DNA from: an uncultured Candidatus Rokubacteria bacterium
GTDB taxonomy: Bacteria > Methylomirabilota > Methylomirabilia > Rokubacteriales > CSP1-6
DNA: 64,000 bases
Assembly: GCA_963771355.1 (NCBI GenBank)
Contig: CAVYTA010000007.1
Location: 224,001-288,000 of the forward strand
Direction: 5' to 3'
The translations under genes and the position numbers were made by a program. Below, one piece after another: positions 62,072-64,000 of the stretch (positions are counted from its first letter, which is position 1; each line of letters opens with the position of its first letter). The notes beneath the pieces were generated by a model. That model was not told the origin of the DNA. It made no database searches and saw only the letters and a list, made by a program, of their open reading frames with translations.

Positions 62072-62899
62072 ATGGCCATCATCGTCATCTCCCATGAGAT
62101 CGGAGCGGGCGGTCCCGAGATCGGGCAAGCCCTCGGGGAGCGGCTCGGGTACCGGTGCGTCGGGCAAGATCTGATCGTCGACGTCGCGCGCCGCTACGGG
62201 CTCCTCGAGGAGAAGCTGTCGCATCTGGACGAGGCCAAGCCCTCGCTGTTCGAGCGCTTCGACGCAGAGACCCGACGGTACATCACCGTGATCCAGACCG
62301 CGCTCTACGAGTTCGCCGAGCACGACAACGTGATCCTGCTCGGCCGGGGCGGGCAGTGGCTCCTGCGGGGTATCCCTCACGTGCTGCGCGTGCGGGTGAT
62401 GGCGCCCTTCGACCTGCGCGTGAAGCGGCTGGGCAAGAAGATGGCCGGCCAGATGGGCGAGCAGACCAATCAGCGCACCGTCACCGACATGGTGCGACGG
62501 GACGACATGGAGAAGATCGGCCGGATGCGCTACCTCTACGAGGTGGACATCCGCGATCCCGCCCTCTACGACGTGGTCATCAACACCGAGAAGCTCCCCC
62601 ACGACTCCGCGGTGGAGGTGATCGCGGGCCTGGTGCGGCGACCAGAGATGGCCACCGGCGACGCGGGCTCCCGTCTGGTCTCCGACCGCGCGCTCGCCTC
62701 GCGCGTGCAGGTGGCCCTCGCCACCCACCCGGAGACGCGGAAGTACCGCACCACGGTGGAAGCCAAGGACGGCGTGGTGACCCTCGAGGGGACGGCCGCC
62801 CTCGAGGACGCGGTGGAAGTGGCCCGCGGCGTGACCGGCGTGCGCGAGGTGCGCACGCAGCAAGTGGAGATTCCCCCGATCCCGCCGTTCGTGGCGTAG
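62072..62899 (+). CDS. Cytidylate kinase-like protein with C-terminal BON domain
   Basis: ISHEIGAGG, ILLGRG, YDVVINT, DGVVTLEG..GVREV. Confidence 0.88.
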   Translation: MAIIVISHEIGAGGPEIGQALGERLGYRCVGQDLIVDVARRYGLLEEKLSHLDEAKPSLFERFDAETRRYITVIQTALYEFAEHDNVILLGRGGQWLLRGIPHVLRVRVMAPFDLRVKRLGKKMAGQMGEQTNQRTVTDMVRRDDMEKIGRMRYLYEVDIRDPALYDVVINTEKLPHDSAVEVIAGLVRRPEMATGDAGSRLVSDRALASRVQVALATHPETRKYRTTVEAKDGVVTLEGTAALEDAVEVARGVTGVREVRTQQVEIPPIPPFVA

Positions 62900-62959
62900 G
62901 CGCGCCCGGGCGGGTTCGCCCCGTCGCCATTCCAACCGTTCAGCCGCCGGCGGAGAAGG

Positions 62960-64000
62960 TCAGCCGCCGGTCGAGGGGCGGTCGGAGCGGGAGCGGTCCT
63001 CGGGGATCTCGCCCACCGTCGCCGTGACGGTCACCTTCTGCTTCTTGCGCCAGACCTCGAGGGTCACCGGCTTGCCCACGGGGGTCTCCGCCACCAGCCG
63101 CTGGAACTGGTGGAAGTCCTCTACCGGCGTCTTCTCGTAAGACAAGATCACGTCGCCCTGGACGAGTCCCGCCTTCGCGGCCGGGCTCCCGGGAATGGTC
63201 GAGGCGACGAGCGCGCCTTCGTTGCGGGGCAGCCCGAGGGACTGCACCAGCTCCTTCGAGAGCGGCTGAAGCGCCACGCCGAGCCAGCCGCGCACCACCT
63301 TGCCCTTCTCCACCAGTTGATCCACCACGCGCTTCACCATGTTCACCGGGATGGCGAACCCGATGCCCTGGCCCGCCGCGACGATGGCGGTATTGATGCC
63401 GATCACCTGGCCCTTGAGATTGATGAGCGGGCCGCCGGAATTGCCCGGGTTGATCGAGGCATCGGTCTGGATGAAGTTCTCGTAGGTGGCCACGCCCACG
63501 TCGGAGCGGCCGGTGGCGCTGATGACCCCCACCGTCACCGTCTGGTCGAGCCCGAAGGGATTGCCGATGGCGATGGCCCACTCGCCGACCTTGAGGGCGT
63601 CCGAGTCGCCCAGCGCGGCCACCCGCAGCTCGTGCCCGGGGTCGAAGCGGACGAGGGCGAGGTCGGTCTTGGGATCCACGCCCAGCACCTTGCCCCGATA
63701 CTCCTTCTTGTCCGACAGCCGCACCGAGATCTCGTCGGCGCCCTTGATCACGTGGAAGTTGGTGAGGACGAGTCCCCGCTTGTCGATGATGACGCCCGAC
63801 CCGAGGCTGGGCTGGCGGAACTCCGGCCGCTGTCCGGGAGTGTCCGTGCCGAAGAACTGCTTGAAGAAGTCCTGGAGGAACGGATCGTCGCCGGGCTGAG
63901 GGGCGATCGGCCGGCGGGCCTTGGAGCGGTGCACGGTGCCGATATTCACCACCGCGGGCCCGAGCTGCTGCGCCACGCCCACGAAGGTGGCCTGCAGCGT
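62960..64000 (-). CDS. Do/DegQ-family serine protease, 5' end outside the window
   Basis: LTNFHV, DLAL, INPGNSGGPL, single PDZ. Confidence 0.93.
   Translation of the reverse strand, partial: TLQATFVGVAQQLGPAVVNIGTVHRSKARRPIAPQPGDDPFLQDFFKQFFGTDTPGQRPEFRQPSLGSGVIIDKRGLVLTNFHVIKGADEISVRLSDKKEYRGKVLGVDPKTDLALVRFDPGHELRVAALGDSDALKVGEWAIAIGNPFGLDQTVTVGVISATGRSDVGVATYENFIQTDASINPGNSGGPLINLKGQVIGINTAIVAAGQGIGFAIPVNMVKRVVDQLVEKGKVVRGWLGVALQPLSKELVQSLGLPRNEGALVASTIPGSPAAKAGLVQGDVILSYEKTPVEDFHQFQRLVAETPVGKPVTLEVWRKKQKVTVTATVGEIPEDRSRSDRPSTGG

Overview
High-GC bacterial window of about 60 genes. The gene families (ABC_sub_bind protein, zinc-ribbon adenylate cyclase/AAA/TPR, cytidylate-kinase-like/BON, several LLM monooxygenases) suggest Candidatus Rokubacteria/Methylomirabilota; this is inference only. 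The first ~12.7 kb is accessory and decayed: a MASE1 histidine kinase, gene scraps, aqpZ, tRNA-Thr(CGT) flanked by integrase remnants, a ZIP transporter, msrA, an epoxide hydrolase and a protease pseudogene. The rest is mostly catabolic, redox and signalling genes. Top finding: a class-I CoA-transferase-like alpha subunit (24358-25227) is interrupted by one in-frame TGA at a position where recalled homologues have Cys. A SECIS-like hairpin built from atypical codons follows the TGA, so this is a probable selenoprotein, and its beta subunit lacks the usual catalytic Glu. Second: a Tat-exported protein (52837-53580) combines a complete superoxide-reductase-type His4Cys ligand set, the SoxY GGC arm and a fused SoxZ domain. 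Also present: a probable CTG start, two sigma54 promoters, a c-di-GMP/PilT module, an organosulfur operon, a divergent membrane PPase and two +1 frameshifts. All family calls come from motif recognition; no searches were run.
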